Below, one piece after another: positions 11,876 through 27,655 of a stretch of DNA of 64,000 bases. Within the stretch, counting starts at the first letter, position 1; every line of letters begins with the position of its first letter. The DNA is taken from NCBI GenBank assembly GCA_038496445.1, contig JALMLS010000577.1:1191014-1255013 (forward strand), written 5' to 3'. Source of the stretch: Trichosphaerium sp. ATCC 40318. Lineage: Eukaryota; Protista; Tubulinea. Both the position numbers and the translations under genes were made by a program. Below the pieces are notes generated by a model. The model made no database searches. It had not been told where the DNA came from and was given only the letters and a program-made list of their open reading frames with translations.

Positions 11876-12919
11876 ATGAGCTCCACAAGAACCTTAAAAC
11901 TACATCTACGTAAGATAAGGGAGACTATCATGGCCATGTGTTTCCAAGCGTTAAAATAACAAAAGTGTCCCTTGGATTATCAAAGCACTCTTTGGTGACT
12001 ATGGTTTATTGTAGGACTTCACATTGCTTTCTTGTTTGTTTCAACCTGGCGCAGAGAACACTATATTGTGATGTACTATGAGTAAGCGTGTTATGTTAAT
12101 TAAGCTTTCGTAATGGAGCAACTTCGGTTGTGTATAATCAGGGCACCGAAAGAGAATTGGTGCAAAGACTGTTGCCAAATTTCCAGAATGTCTCAACTGA
12201 CTACATTACGTTAGTTTCTGTGCGTTGATTAAAACGCACAGGCTTAACTCCACCAAGTACTCAGTCAAGCATTCAAGTATTCTATAATTTACATTAGGTA
12301 ACGTGTGTATTGTTGCTTTCAGTTCCACTAGTGCATCGTCATTGTTACTAAAATTGCCAATCAACACAAATTTATCATACATCTTAAAGGTGGTAATTGA
12401 GTCCTTTCCGTTTGTTAGAGCACATACAACAAGTTCTGCTTACAGGCAAAGTTCGAAAATATACTTTAAGTAGCAATGTTACATTGTGAATGTTTGCACT
12501 GGGCTCCAAGTTTTTTAATGCATCCACTTCACCTAGAGTTAGTGTGAATCAATTTTTAAGAAGTTCGAACTACCATTGTTGTATCTATGTACTAGCTGGT
12601 TTACAACCTCCATGTCCCCTGATACGCGAAAGAGGCCACGTGGGCATACATCAGCACCTAATCCGTTAGATCAATAATATATTGAAGGTAGACCTTACCA
12701 TACGTTTTGAGGAACTCAATACACTGGCTTACTGGCAAAAACATTAGATTAGAATAATATTCTAACGAACAACTGCACCAACTCTAGGTATCCTGTTTGT
12801 GTGTGGGCGTGGAGTCACACGAAATACCCCTGGTGCGGTTCTCGTTTCCTGATGGCTCATAGTGCAAAGAAGCTAAAAACCCAAATGGACTCTCAGTAGT
12901 TTACCTGTAGTTGATTCAT
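11876..12919 (-). CDS. RhoGAP domain protein (multi-exon; 3' end approximate)
   Basis: Minus-strand exons give SQCIEFLKTYG, GLFRVSG (Arg finger), LLKVYFRTLP, GNLATVFAPILFR. Confidence 0.8.
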
Positions 12920-12976
12920 CAAACTGTTATTTAGAGTCAAAAAAAGTAGGACAAGTTTGGTGGATTGTATATTTTT

Positions 12977-13624
12977 TTACATTGAAGCTAGACTATTCAA
13001 TACCGCTGCAAGTTTTGCGTCTGTTGTGCCATGAGTTTCACGCATGCAGTTACTAAAGCTGTCCCACAAGGCGTCACAAGTACTGATCTCTTCTTTGGAG
13101 AGTGTTTGTTGGCGTGCCACTGCACGACAGGCAGTCAATGATACATAGTCAGATCCGCACTTCTGGTTGCGTAAGGACTTTACACAGCTCGCACACACGT
13201 CGTCATCTGTTACGTCCTTTCTACTTTCTGCCTTTGTCGCCCACAGTTTAATGTGTTTCGGTTTTTTAGTGCCTACGACGCTGGGATTTAGGCCAGTAGG
13301 CGTAGTGGATGGTTTCAAAGACGTTTTGAGTTTGCACAGGGACCATCTTAGCCATGTTTCATTACATTGGCTAACATCACTCTCATCGAGCATCTGTTGC
13401 GTCGAGAGCATCATACACGACATATATTTGATTTGATAGTTACCACATGGCTTTGTTCTTAAATTGACAATACATGTTTGACAGAGGTCTTCTTCTACGC
13501 TTTTGAGCGTTTTACGTGTAGTTTTTGGCGTTGCCCATAATCGTAGCGCTGTAGTGCCTACAATTGGCGCAGAAGCCGGAGGCTCGCTTCCCATAGATGC
13601 GTTGGGGGTTGTTTTGGGAAGCAC
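12977..13624 (-). CDS. Protein with two tandem CxxC + twin-CX9C (GCK/Mia40-like) domains; true start uncertain
   Basis: Two repeats, each W-A-T...CxxC-x8-C-x9-C-x16-C-x9-C. Confidence 0.65.
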   Translation of the reverse strand: MLPKTTPNASMGSEPPASAPIVGTTALRLWATPKTTRKTLKSVEEDLCQTCIVNLRTKPCGNYQIKYMSCMMLSTQQMLDESDVSQCNETWLRWSLCKLKTSLKPSTTPTGLNPSVVGTKKPKHIKLWATKAESRKDVTDDDVCASCVKSLRNQKCGSDYVSLTACRAVARQQTLSKEEISTCDALWDSFSNCMRETHGTTDAKLAAVLNSLASM

Positions 13625-13822
13625 TGAGTTTAAAAGTGCCGTTGACTTAACCGTACACTATTCGACTTTTACACTTACTGATCAAATTACACCTGCGGCG
13701 TTCTGACAACAGTAAAACAAGAGACCCTCTGCGCTTACCTAAAAAGCACGTGACTTGCCTATAAACACTTCATAGCATGCAATTAAGAGTTTGACTTTCT
13801 TTAGAGAGTGTGGTGACACGAT

Positions 13823-15461
13823 ATGAATATAATATACATAATTAGCGTATTCGCATGTGTTATAGTTTGTTTGGGTGGAATTTGCACCCAAAGAGCCAGT
13901 GACAACGTTAAAATGGCAGATGGCTTGGTATATAGCGCATTTCAAGATGTGCAAGCGCAACTCGTAGCAAGTTCTTTTCCTACAGACGAAACTGGCCTGA
14001 TTGGGCGCAATAAGCAATGGGGCACATTAATATCAGCTAGATTCCAAGTACGGTACTTTTCTAGTTCACAGTTTTAATAACGTGCACAGATTGGTGCTGG
14101 CAGAGCCTTACGTGTGGCCTTGCAAGCTTCAAATCAAGACAAGCAAGTGTGAAGTTTTTACTTTAGTAACAGTCGTAGGATGTTATCAGCCATGCTGGCA
14201 ATTGAAGTGGCGTGGAATACGACTGATCAGACTACAGGAGAGATGATAAGGTACTTCACCTATTGCGATAGCAACTTCTTTTTAGCTGACACGTGTTATT
14301 TAGCTTTGCTCCACCTGATGCTAATGGCACTTTAACTATAGCTGATAAAGCAAGCGCTGCTGCGTTTGCAATGGGGAGCTTTTGTGTTGCTCAAATGGCC
14401 GTTGAAAATAGGTAACAATGACTTACTAGAAATTGATAAAGTTTACTTTCTTGAAGCACTTTTGAGGATGTATCTGTACGGTCAAAGGCACTTCATTCAA
14501 TTATTGCTAAAGCGCTTGGTTGGTTGTACACTGTGCGCACAGAATTATTCGCTGTAGACAAGTTAGCACCCAATAGATTACTCTTTGATGCTAGATCTAT
14601 GATCGGTTGTGCTACACTTGTGGAAGACACAATACCCTCAAGCGAGTTCATTGAGCTAATGTCAACTGGAGTGATGTTCATTGATGAGGCTTTAAAACAA
14701 CAAAGACCAGATGGAGTCTTTATAGAAAAGGGTGGTCATGATACCTCTTATCAAGGTAAAAAGAGCGTAATATAATCACGTCTAGATTCCTAATTGTGAA
14801 GGTGTTGCGCTTGAGATTGGATTTGATGTTACTCTGGCATTAGGTAATAGCTCTGTTAGTACTTGCCAACAATTATTCAGTGCACTGAATAATGGGACGC
14901 TCTGGGAGGCATCGAGGTAACAGTTTAGCTCAATCATTAACTAATATATTATAGAGTATTGATTTCCGGCCAATTAGACAGCACGAATAACACAAGAACT
15001 TGTGGTGGCGGCGAGTCTTTCTTAGGAAATCCGAAAGATGCTGATATTCCTGCAATTTTCTCAGGCCTTGCCTTCAATGGTATTATCCTTTCAACTGAAA
15101 TAATACTAAACTATTGTTAGGAGAGGTTGGGCTTACACCCAATGCGTCTAGTGCAGCAAGAAGGTACTAAAGTTAAAATAATGCTCAATAAGCTAAGTCC
15201 ATTTTTAGACTTGCCACGTGGTACTCAACCAACCCATCACCAACGTGTTTCGAGTTTAACATAACTTCACCTTCAACCATATCACCACTTGCACCTCAGC
15301 AACCAAGCTCAGAACCTACAACCGTTCCACCACTTGCATCTCAGCAACCCAGCCCAGAGCCTACTTCAGTTGCTTCTTCGCTGTCTCCCATCACTTTTAG
15401 AATGCAAGGATCAATGATGCTAGCAATTATGGTCTTGTTTTGCACAGCTTTGTTTGATTAG
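13823..15461 (+). CDS. Secreted, probably GPI-anchored protein with a helical enzyme-like ectodomain
   Basis: Signal peptide, multi-exon body incl. QRPDGVFIEKGGHDTSYQG, P/S/T-rich repeated stalk, hydrophobic C-terminus. Confidence 0.7.
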
Positions 15462-15579
15462 TTAAAAAAAAACACTCAATGAATTCATGATGGTTTATTT
15501 ACATTGGTTCATACAAGATATTTGCTAGCTCTTGTTACAAACTTTCTATTTCTTTTTTACCGCGCTTAAAAATGTAGCA

Positions 15580-18500
15580 TTACAACGCTGCGTTTGCACG
15601 GCTATTTAACATATTGGCAAATTCTTTTTGGTCCTCCTCTAACTTGCGTCTTTTCTTTTGTGCTCTCCTGTTCTTAACACCACCGTAACCCTAAGTACAG
15701 CTTGTAAGAAACCAAATTGATTTCAAGTACCAAAAACAAAGTACCTTGCGTGTTTCATTATCTAATTTACGCTTAAATTTTCTGTCCCTGCGTTTCATTG
15801 CTAATTCATTCTCTTCTTTGCCTTCCATATGATACCAGCGACGTGTAGGAGCATTACTGGGATATAATCAGTGACAAGAAACGTTAGGAGTTAGGAGGGA
15901 TGCGTACGGATTTCTGAATTGTTTTACAGTCATTGGTGGGCGTTTCTTGTCAAACTCTCTAACATCACGATCAACGAGAGAATCCAAGTTGGCAATGTCA
16001 TCATCAGCATTGTCTATTTGCATTCTGCTATCACCAGCTTTGAATAAAGGCTTTTTCTTGGTTGCTTGAGTCAATGCTTCAGATATTTGTGTATCTCTTT
16101 CCTATCTCTTTGGTTAACAAAACCTTCGCTGCTTTCTGTTGGTGTAGGTACCTTCTTTAGCTCAAATTCCTTAATCTTTCTTAGTTTTTTATTTCTCTTT
16201 TTACGTTGGTTCTTTCTGCGATTCTTGATGGTCTTCCAAGACTCTTTCTTTGGTTTTGGAACTTTGAATTCTCCGTTTTCATCAATGACAGCCTCATCAA
16301 CCTTTGAGTCATCGGTGGTTTTAGGTGCTTGTGAATCCAGCATAGGTGGTAGAAGATCTGTTACTACATCAATATCACCCATGTTAGTTCTTTGTCTAAC
16401 AGCTTTCTTGAGCTCTTCATCGTAGTCTTTAACACCTGTAAAAAAAAAGTTTAGAAATAGAGAAGTATCCATTTTATTAAAGCGTACCAGAACCCTTTTG
16501 ACTCAATTCCTTCTCACGTCGTTTTCTTAGCTTTGAACGTGCTTGAATACGTTGAAGTTTTCGCTCACGAACGCGTAACTTTGTCCTACAAAAGAGATTA
16601 GACCTGATTGTCTATGTGTCATAAAGCACGTACATATCGTCTACAGCAAATTCAACAAATGGAATGTGCTTTTCACCAAAGATTGTGGCATTGGCATTTA
16701 TCAATCGTAGAGCACGAAGAGCTGGCGCATGCTCTGCGAATTGAACAAAACCATATCCGGCTGAAAGTGGTTTGTTGTTTTTATCTGTAAATGTCTTATG
16801 GTACTGGATCTTAACTTGCTCAATTACTGGTACTCTCTCATCTGATTTATGACCGAATTTTAAGAACAAGTCACGAAGACCTCGTTCATCAAACCATTGC
16901 GGTAGATTATATACTATTAAACGCCTATCTGAAAGATGGAAGTTTACATTCCTGAATAAAACCAGTTAGATAAGAAAACTTTAATCCAAAGATACGCTTA
17001 CTTGAGCTTGGCATCTTTTGATTTCTTTGCCTTTAACAGCATAATATAAACACGTTTAGGAATATCTAAACCGTCTCCTTGTAGTCCTATGAAGAGCACG
17101 TAAGGATCGGAAATATTGCATATAGAACAAGAAAGTCAAATCTAGGCTTGCACTACATACCTCCCTCGCTAGCCAAACGCAAATTTCTGTTATCATTTTT
17201 GAATTGTTTTGATTTACGTTCAATCTGTTTTGCCTGACCTTTTGGTACAGCTAGAGATACAACAAGTGGCATGTCGTCAACATAAATTTCAGAGTATTCG
17301 CTCATCATACGGGCGTCTTCCACTAACGGGAGGTGTCAATGTAAGTTAATTCAAAATGTATTCTTACCTGATAGTTCTTTGCGATTTTTGTTTATAAGGT
17401 AAGCCTCATAAGCTGAGGTGACAGCTTTAAGAGCGTTCTCAGAGCTTCGGTACTACCAATGACATAAGAACAATTTGTTTTGGTTTTCTTTAAAGGTACC
17501 TTGACAAAAGCTTTACCAAGAGGTTCTTTGGTTTCCCTGTCTTTAACAATTGCAACATATGCAAGTTTACCATATCTCCCAAACCTATAATAACTATCAG
17601 CGCCCATTTGAATAAATATAAGCCATCATACGCTTCACGCAAGTCTTGTTCAGTAGTTTCGTAAGAAAGATTTCTGACGAACAACGTCTTGTTTTCTTCA
17701 ACATCTATAACCATTGATTAACAACGAGCAACATTTCAACGAGTGCACCTTCTGTTTCTTGTCTATCTCTCCATCTAGCTTTTTTCTTTTTGCTTCTACT
17801 ACTAGATGAAGACGAAGAGCTAGAGGAAGAGCTGGAAGAAGAACTTGAAGAGGAGCTCTCCTCATCCGATTGGTCTGATTCTGATTCTTCACCTGAGCTA
17901 GATGATGATTCGCTGCTATAAAAAAAGTTACTAATAAACTAGTTGTAAGGGTACTTACCCTGACTCATCACTGGATGATTCTGAATCAGAGTCACTGCCA
18001 CTTGCGCTTGAGTCATCATCAGTTTCTGCGATTTATCATTAGGGATCTGATAGGGAGAATAGTAAAGTACGTTTGGCAAGATATGCATTCTTAGATATTG
18101 CGAAATCTACAGCGATAGGCCAACCATTAAGCTCTTGGTCATTTGCTTCCTTTACAGCCTTCTCTGTGTGTTTTCTCTCAATGAAATTGATAAACGCGAA
18201 AGGTTTGACAACACCTTCATCATTTCTTGGACGTGTCACTTCATATACCGGCCCAAAGAACTCGAACAAGTGTTTCAAATGTTGTGTAGTCACCTGTGAG
18301 TATTGTTAGGCCAGGAAACCACTTAACTGTCAAACGTACACTTCTAGCCAAGTTTCTTACAATAATTCTGTGCCTTTTTATGGATGATTCATCTAAAAGC
18401 TTCGCTCTAAATTTCTTTTTTTGTATCGTGATCTTTTCAAGTTTAATCTTGGCCATGGCTGCGTCCTGTGAGTTCATTAGTGTTATCATAATATGTATAA

Positions 18501-19524
18501 TAACTAGAAACGTGCCTTGACTCTCTTGTAAATGACAACAGCTGTTAGTGGTCCAAACTTAGCAGGGAACTCCATCCTAAAGTACCAGTGAAAATATGTC
18601 CTTTTTTTTTCCGTTTGTTAAGTTGCTTACTTTTCTGCATTTGTAGAATACTTTTGAACATTCGTCCAAAGTGCATGATATTTGACACCTTTAGGTACAT
18701 TGTTTATCATTACAGTACGTTGAGCGCTATACCATTAAATTAGTATTTGAGATAATCGAAGAATAAACGCACATCTCCTTGTCAAGAACATTTTTTGTTA
18801 GAACGTTTTCTCTGGGTCTTGCGTATTCTAGAAATAGCACGTTGCCTCCCATTTTTTTTTTCTAACAATGTAAAATTAGATAATTGCAAGGTACAACGTT
18901 AGAATTTGAAGCGGAATGGTTGTGTCAAAGAAAAAAAAAAAAAAAAAAAAAGAACATACGTTTAGCTTGCGCATTGCTTGCGTTGCTGCTTCTTCAGTCT
19001 CACTTTTTACAGTAAGTAATAAGAAACCCGTTTATAAATTATAAAAGCAAACCCGTTAGGCGTACAAATGGATAAAAGCGAATCCCTTGCATGTTGTAGT
19101 CCCTGTAAGAAATAGTTAATCACATGAGAATAAAATAATGGCCAAAAAATACGCGTCAAAACGAAAAAAGAAAAGTAAATACGCTGATTTCGTTCTGCTA
19201 GGCATGTAACTACGCGTACCTTTTTCTGTGATAAGTAAAACCCTTGTAATTGTCCCTACACGAGCGAAATGCTCTTCCACCATGTAAAATAAATGTCAGC
19301 AGGTCACTAGAGTATCTACGTATCTCTTTTGTGCAGTCTTTGGGTAATCCTTGTACATAGAGCTTATTCAGTTTTAATTTACGGCGTGTATGCTCATTTG
19401 CTGGTTTTTTGATATTTTCTTGATTCTCTTCCTTTTGTTCCTCATCGCTGCTATAATCGACTACGTCGCTATCCACGCTGTCTTCATCGTTACCGCTCAA
19501 CGACGCGATATCACTGTCGCTCAT
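15580..19524 (-). CDS. RBM28: RBM28/Nop4-like nucleolar multi-RRM protein (3' end approximate)
   Basis: RRMs KLYVQGLP/KGFAFI, RIIVRNL/PFAFI + IAVDFAISK, acidic spacer, TLFVRNL/GKAFV, SAGYGFVQF..HAPALRALRLINAN..PFVEFAVDD. Confidence 0.85.
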
Positions 19525-19866
19525 GTGAGAATTTTAGAATAAAAAAAAACAATGCGTCAAATAATTCCCTTAACCAAGATTTTTTTAGTACTGCCGACTT
19601 AAATGCTTAGCAGAATGCACTTTTTGCCTCTCGTACGCCCTTGTTTGTATCTAAGTCGGAGAATTTTGAGACTCAGTCACACGTGCAATGCTACTATTTT
19701 TTGAATTGTTTCAAAATATAGCCAATGGCTCTTCAACAATCAAACTGTCCGTTTGTACTTTTATTGCGTTAGTACACTGGTGAAGGGCAACTTTAGTTAC
19801 ACAACTGCTGTTATATTGTCTGAAATAAGACATTTTTGTAATTGTAATTTCTAGACATTTGACATG

Positions 19867-20500
19867 TTACTTTGTCATGTCTCTATCACTGCTCTTCTTT
19901 AAGAGCGACCTAAAATCTGTGGTTGGCTTTTGTTCTTCCTTTTTGGGTGTGTTTGTGGGTTTTTTTGTCTGTTTCAGTTTAATAGGACCTCCACCGAATA
20001 GAGCACCAATACCACCCTTTTTTACACCTGGTGTAGGTACCATAGGTTTTCTGGATGGTACTGAAGGTTCAGGAGCTCCCTTTAATGTACAGTAAGCATG
20101 AGTAGTCCAATGTTGGAACATGGTGCGCACCTGAGGTGTTGATTTAGTGCTAACTTCGGACCGGCTGACTTGTCCTTTTTGGATTAGCGCCTCACGCTGC
20201 TTCTCAAGGGCTCTGGCCGCGTATACTGTGCTTGGTGGCCTTTGTATTAACTATTAATTAAAGTACCTCTAAAAACGCTCACCGTCTTCTTCTACGTGGT
20301 TTAGAGAGCTTCTTAATATATGTAAGGCGTGGTTTAGAGCTACCCATTAAATCTAAAGCCTAAAAAGGTTAGGGACCGTTTTTCGTTGGTCTCACATAAC
20401 ATACAGAGCTCTCGACGAGTTTAAATGTAAAAGTGACACTAATCTCGCCCGATTCTTTTCGGTTATCCACGAAAGAAGACACATTAGTTTCTAAACCCAT
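19867..20500 (-). CDS. Small basic/proline-rich protein with actin-regulator-like short motifs
   Basis: Spliced: MGLETN...PRLTYIKKLSKPRRRR|RPPS...GIGALFGGGPIKLKQT...TDFRSLLKKS. Confidence 0.6.
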
Positions 20501-22120
20501 GTTTGGATGCTGGTCTTGGTGGTGTGCTAGAGATTTGACTTAAACAGAATTTGTGTCAAAAAAAACGGCCTGTTGCACGAGTTGCAGCCTAGAGCCAGAT
20601 TACGTAAGCATTCCACACATGCTTATCGGCTTTAAAAGATGCTGTTAAACAAGGTAGTGGAGTGTGAGAGCATAAAATTACGTTGTAAGCACGGAAAAAA
20701 GTACTTACTTAAAAGCAACAACTTTTTGCCTTAAAAGGAAAGTAGCAACGTAAAACTCCTTGAACACGGTTTCATGATGCCTGCACATTACACAGACTTT
20801 TAATTGTTCCAAATATGTAGGAACTGAAGTTATAAGTGTTTTACAGCGTTTAGTGGCTAATGTTAATTGCTCTTTAAATCAAAGAACAATACTATACAAG
20901 CGTTATTCGTGCGTAGGATATGCGTTTCCAAGCATAAAACGCTGTTTAAAACAAAAAGTGGTATAATGCCAGGCAATGCCATCGATATTAGCTAAACTAT
21001 ATAAACAGATCATATACTGTTTCTGCATAGTCACGGTTTGGACGTTTTGCCCTAGCCTTTAATATTGGTTTTACGAAAAATTCCAGCTGTAGAAAACTGG
21101 GCCATTTTTAAAACACATAAATGTGCCAGCTAAAATACATCACTTGCAACGCATGTGAGTATATCGGTGGCAATAACTGAGATAAAATTGATTGTTTGAT
21201 AACTTTGGGGAAAAAAAAATGTAAGTGAGTACTTTTGGTGCAAACGCTATTGGCATGTATTTTTACAATTGATCATAGTGGCACCACTATGCCATATACT
21301 CATTTTCTAATGAAGAAAAGTGTAGAACATAACATATAACATCAGTGTAGAATAGTAAACCTTTTGTTTCATCAAATATCATTCAACAAACTCCCACATT
21401 TGACGCACTTTATTGTGCGTTTACTTTTCAATAACATGCTTTGAGGCTATTAAATACGACCATTGACACCTACTCAAAGTGATGAAAACATAATTGATAA
21501 TGTGTGCAATAAGTATAACTTAGCTAAACAATGCTTAAAACAAAATTAAACTACTTTTAGAGTCATTGTAACATCACTGTTGGTGAATGTTTCATACTCT
21601 GTATATATTATTCACAGTATGTATGGCTTTTATTCAAGCGTCAATCATAAAAACTATTTTCAACATCAAAATAATTTTGTTTTAAAAGTGATGCTTACAT
21701 AATCTGGCTCATTTCTGGAACACTTCATCAAGTATTGCTTTTTTGCAATGACAACTCATACTTCAGTATACCTGTGACCAAAAAGAACTTTGGTAAACAA
21801 GAAAACGTGTAGACCATTTTTCGTACTTACTGATCGCACTTCAATAGCTATAATTATGAACAAGTGGTGCAACTGCTACCCTATGCACAAGAACAAAAAG
21901 GTAAAGTATTAGACAAACATTGTTTTAAAGGATTCCATTACTCCACTTGCAAGCGCACACGAAAATACAATTGAGTCAACAATGAACGACAAGAAAAAAA
22001 AAATTGAACTTGTCCAAAAAGCTGTCACAAAAAAAAAAAAACAGAAGGAAATGTTAAGGTATAATTAAGCCACCGTATTTCAAGCAGAAACCGCGTGTAC
22101 ACAAATAAACATCAAGTGAC

Positions 22121-24788
22121 ATGTCTTTGGCTGCTTGCAGGGCCGTCAGAATTACAAACAACGCTGGATTGCGGAAAAATGTCCAAAGGTCTCTCAAACC
22201 TACCAGGTCCCAATTTTTTGCTTTTTCTTATACCCTTTCCTGTCCAACAACATGGATACATTTTGAAATGAAAACGTTGTAAACTCAAGTAAACCAGCGT
22301 GATTATATCGCTAATTTGTCTCAAAACGTTTACTTCTTGCCTCACACATGCATTTTAATACGTTTTTTTGTGCCTATCACTAAAACCTCCGTCTTTTAGT
22401 GCGTACACTGCAAGGAGAAGCTATACTACTGTTTTGAACAAGAACACGGTCACCAAAGCATCAGTGGCCACAAAGTGCGCTTAAGAAAAATTTTACGAAA
22501 TGCGTACTAACGTTGTGAAAGAGCACCGTTACGCTCTAAGGCTGGCAACCGCATGCAAATGAGGTTTTACAGCAACCCTTGGGATGGAGTTGACTTTGAA
22601 GTACTTCAAATGCCTGCTCTATCGCCTAGTATGGAGAAAGGAAACCTTATTTCCTGGGAAAAACAAGTTGGGGACGAAATACAACCGTCTGACATTATCG
22701 CGCAAGTTGAAACAGACAAGGTGAGCGTTAACAAAAAAAAACTTCGAAAAAAACAAAAATAACCGCAACTACAATCCCTGCCTGTAGTATTTCCATATTG
22801 TTGGTGATGTGGCTCCAGTGTTAACCGTTGAATAGGCTACTGTCGCTTATGAGGCTACCGATGAAGGTTACATGGCAAAAATGTTGGTGGAAGCAGGAAC
22901 AAAAGATATTGATGTTCACACACCTGTTTGCGTTGTAGTTGCAGAGGAAGAGGATATTCCAAAACTTGCAAACTATACTGCTGGTGCTGGCGAGTCTGCC
23001 CCTGCAGCAGAACCAGCTGCTTCTGAACCGTCACAACCAGCAGAGCCTGCAGCTCCTGCAACACAGGTACTAATTGTTACCACCATTACCAAATGAAAGA
23101 AAAAAACCCGAAAAAAACCCGATTAGAAATTTACTTGATATTAGGCTGCTGAGCCTCCAGCTCCATATACCGCTCTAGATATGCCAGCACTATCCCCTTC
23201 AATGTCACATGGCAACCTTGTGTCATGGTCCAAGAAGATTGGAGATCCAATCAGCGCTGGTGATGTTATTGCTGAAATTGAAACAGATAAGGTAAAGTTC
23301 GAGCTATCTACTTTATTTGGCTTGTTCTTATATTTAAAAAAAGGCTACTGTCGCATTTGAAGCTACTGATGACGGTTTCTTGGCCGAAATTCTTGTACAA
23401 GAGGGTCAAGAAAAGATTTCTGTTGGCACACCAATCGGTATAATGGTTGATGAAGAAGAACATGTGCCATTGATGAAAGGCTTTAAGCCAACAGGCGATG
23501 CCCCTACACAAGGTTAGTGCTTACTCACTACTTCGTTTTTTTTTTGTACAAACTAATGGCTATTTAGCTGTTGAGGCAGCACCAGAACCTACAAAAGCTG
23601 CACCTGCTGCTGCTACTGGTGAGTCAACACCTGCTGCTGCACCTGCTTCTACTGGAGGCCGCGTCACTGCTAGTCCTTATGCGCGTAAATTGGCACAAGA
23701 AAAGGGTTTCGATATCGCTGCAGTTAAAGGCACTGGTCCTAATGGCAGAATTATTGCCGCAGATATTTTGGAGTTCACACGTAAGTGTTGGATTTGTCAA
23801 TAATGTTTTTAGATATTTACAGTCTATTAGCTGCAGCAGAAACAAAGGCACCTAAAAAACAACAAGCCCCAGCTGCCACAGCAACAGAAACAAGCGCTGT
23901 GCATGACGGTCTATCTTTCAAAGATATTCCAGTATCTAATGTCCGCCGCGTTATCGCTGATGTATTGACAACATCTAAACAAACTGTGCCACATTACTAC
24001 CTCACTGTTGACTTTGAAGTTGACAAGTTAATGGCTGTTCGTAAGCAGCTAAATGATGAATCAAAAGGAGAATACAAACTATCCGTCAACGATTTCATCG
24101 TCAAGGCTGCCGCTCTTGCCTGTAAAAAAGTGCCAGAGGCCAACAGCCAATGGCGTGGAGAGGTCATCAGGCAGTACGTGTTTTTTTTTTTGTTTTCACA
24201 ACATGAGCTCTGGTGACTTACATTTCGCTCTTAGATTCGAGAATGTAGATATCAATGTTGCTGTAGCTGCTCCTCAAGGACTCTTGACACCTATTGTTCG
24301 CGGATGTGAAGGCCGTGGCCTCACTTCAATCTCTGTTACTACCAAAGACCTCGCTGTCAAAGCCAGAGACGGAAAAATCCATCCTCAAGAGTTAGAAGTG
24401 CGTTCCTTTTTAATTGGTTTTTGCCCAATCTTACTTTTTGTACTAATTTGTGTTGTATAGGCTGGTACATTTACTATCAGCAACCTCGGTATGCTTGGTG
24501 TTAAGCACTTCTCTGCTGTCATTTTGCCACCACAAGCGTGCATCTTGGCTGTAGGTGCAAGCTCACAAAAGGCTGTTATTGACGAGTCTGGTCCTGAACC
24601 TGCTCTCAAGAATGTATCAGTAATGGAAGTTACATTGAGTTGCGATCACAGAGTTGTAGATGGAGCTGTTGGCGCACAATGGCTTAAAGTTTTTAAAGAC
24701 CTAATGGTACGACATTATGCTTTCATTTATTTTTGTACCATTCATCTAACAAACCTTTTAGGAAAACCCAATCAAGATGTTATTGTAA
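22121..24788 (+). CDS. DLAT: Pyruvate dehydrogenase E2 (dihydrolipoamide acetyltransferase), two lipoyl domains
   Basis: Mito presequence [10 protein letters not shown]; two MPALSPSM...ETDKA lipoyl domains; [17 protein letters not shown] binding domain; [10 protein letters not shown]. Confidence 0.95.
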
Positions 24789-24980
24789 GAATCCCATTAA
24801 AATAAATTTTTTTAGAAGAACCAAGTCTGACATAACCCTAATATGTATGTTGCATACGTAAACTCCACTTGTGGTCTCCAAATACATTTTTTTTTATTTC
24901 TTGTATCTTTAGTTCTTTTACACTGTATACTGTTGTATGGCTAAAAATTGTTGTTTGTCTGTCTTATTCGGATCCAAGGT

Positions 24981-27126
<2,146 letters not shown>

Positions 27127-27655
27127 GTTGTATATGGTGTACAAGCGCTTTGATTAATAGGAATAGGAAGTTGTTGTTTGACTTAAACGGTTTTCATTAA
27201 TTGTTTATCAGCTACATTCTAAAAAAGGATGTATAAGTCCCCTACGAATTACAAGACGAACATGTTGAACTAGAGCATCAAGACAACATTTGAGGTTGTA
27301 ACCAAGTGCAACATTTCGAGGTGTCAACCGTTAACTAAGCAACTTTTGTACCGTGATTGTACAACTATCTTACATTGTTGCAGCGAATTCGCTGTAGTTG
27401 AAAAGTAGTCTGTTTTTCTAATTTCTGCTTGTAAACAAATTACGGCAATCTTGCAAGTGTCAAGTATCTATGTGTCAATGGTCCACAAAACATGCTTTGG
27501 TGAAATACCCCCAAGTGTACTTGTACACGTAGTACAGTGTGCCAGGAGAGTATTTTTTTTTTTTGCCTGTCAATGTGAAATTGATTGACTGTCTAAATCC
27601 CTTATTGATCAACGTAGCAGCGAGCTGCGCATTACTTTATCATTGAGCGAACGTT

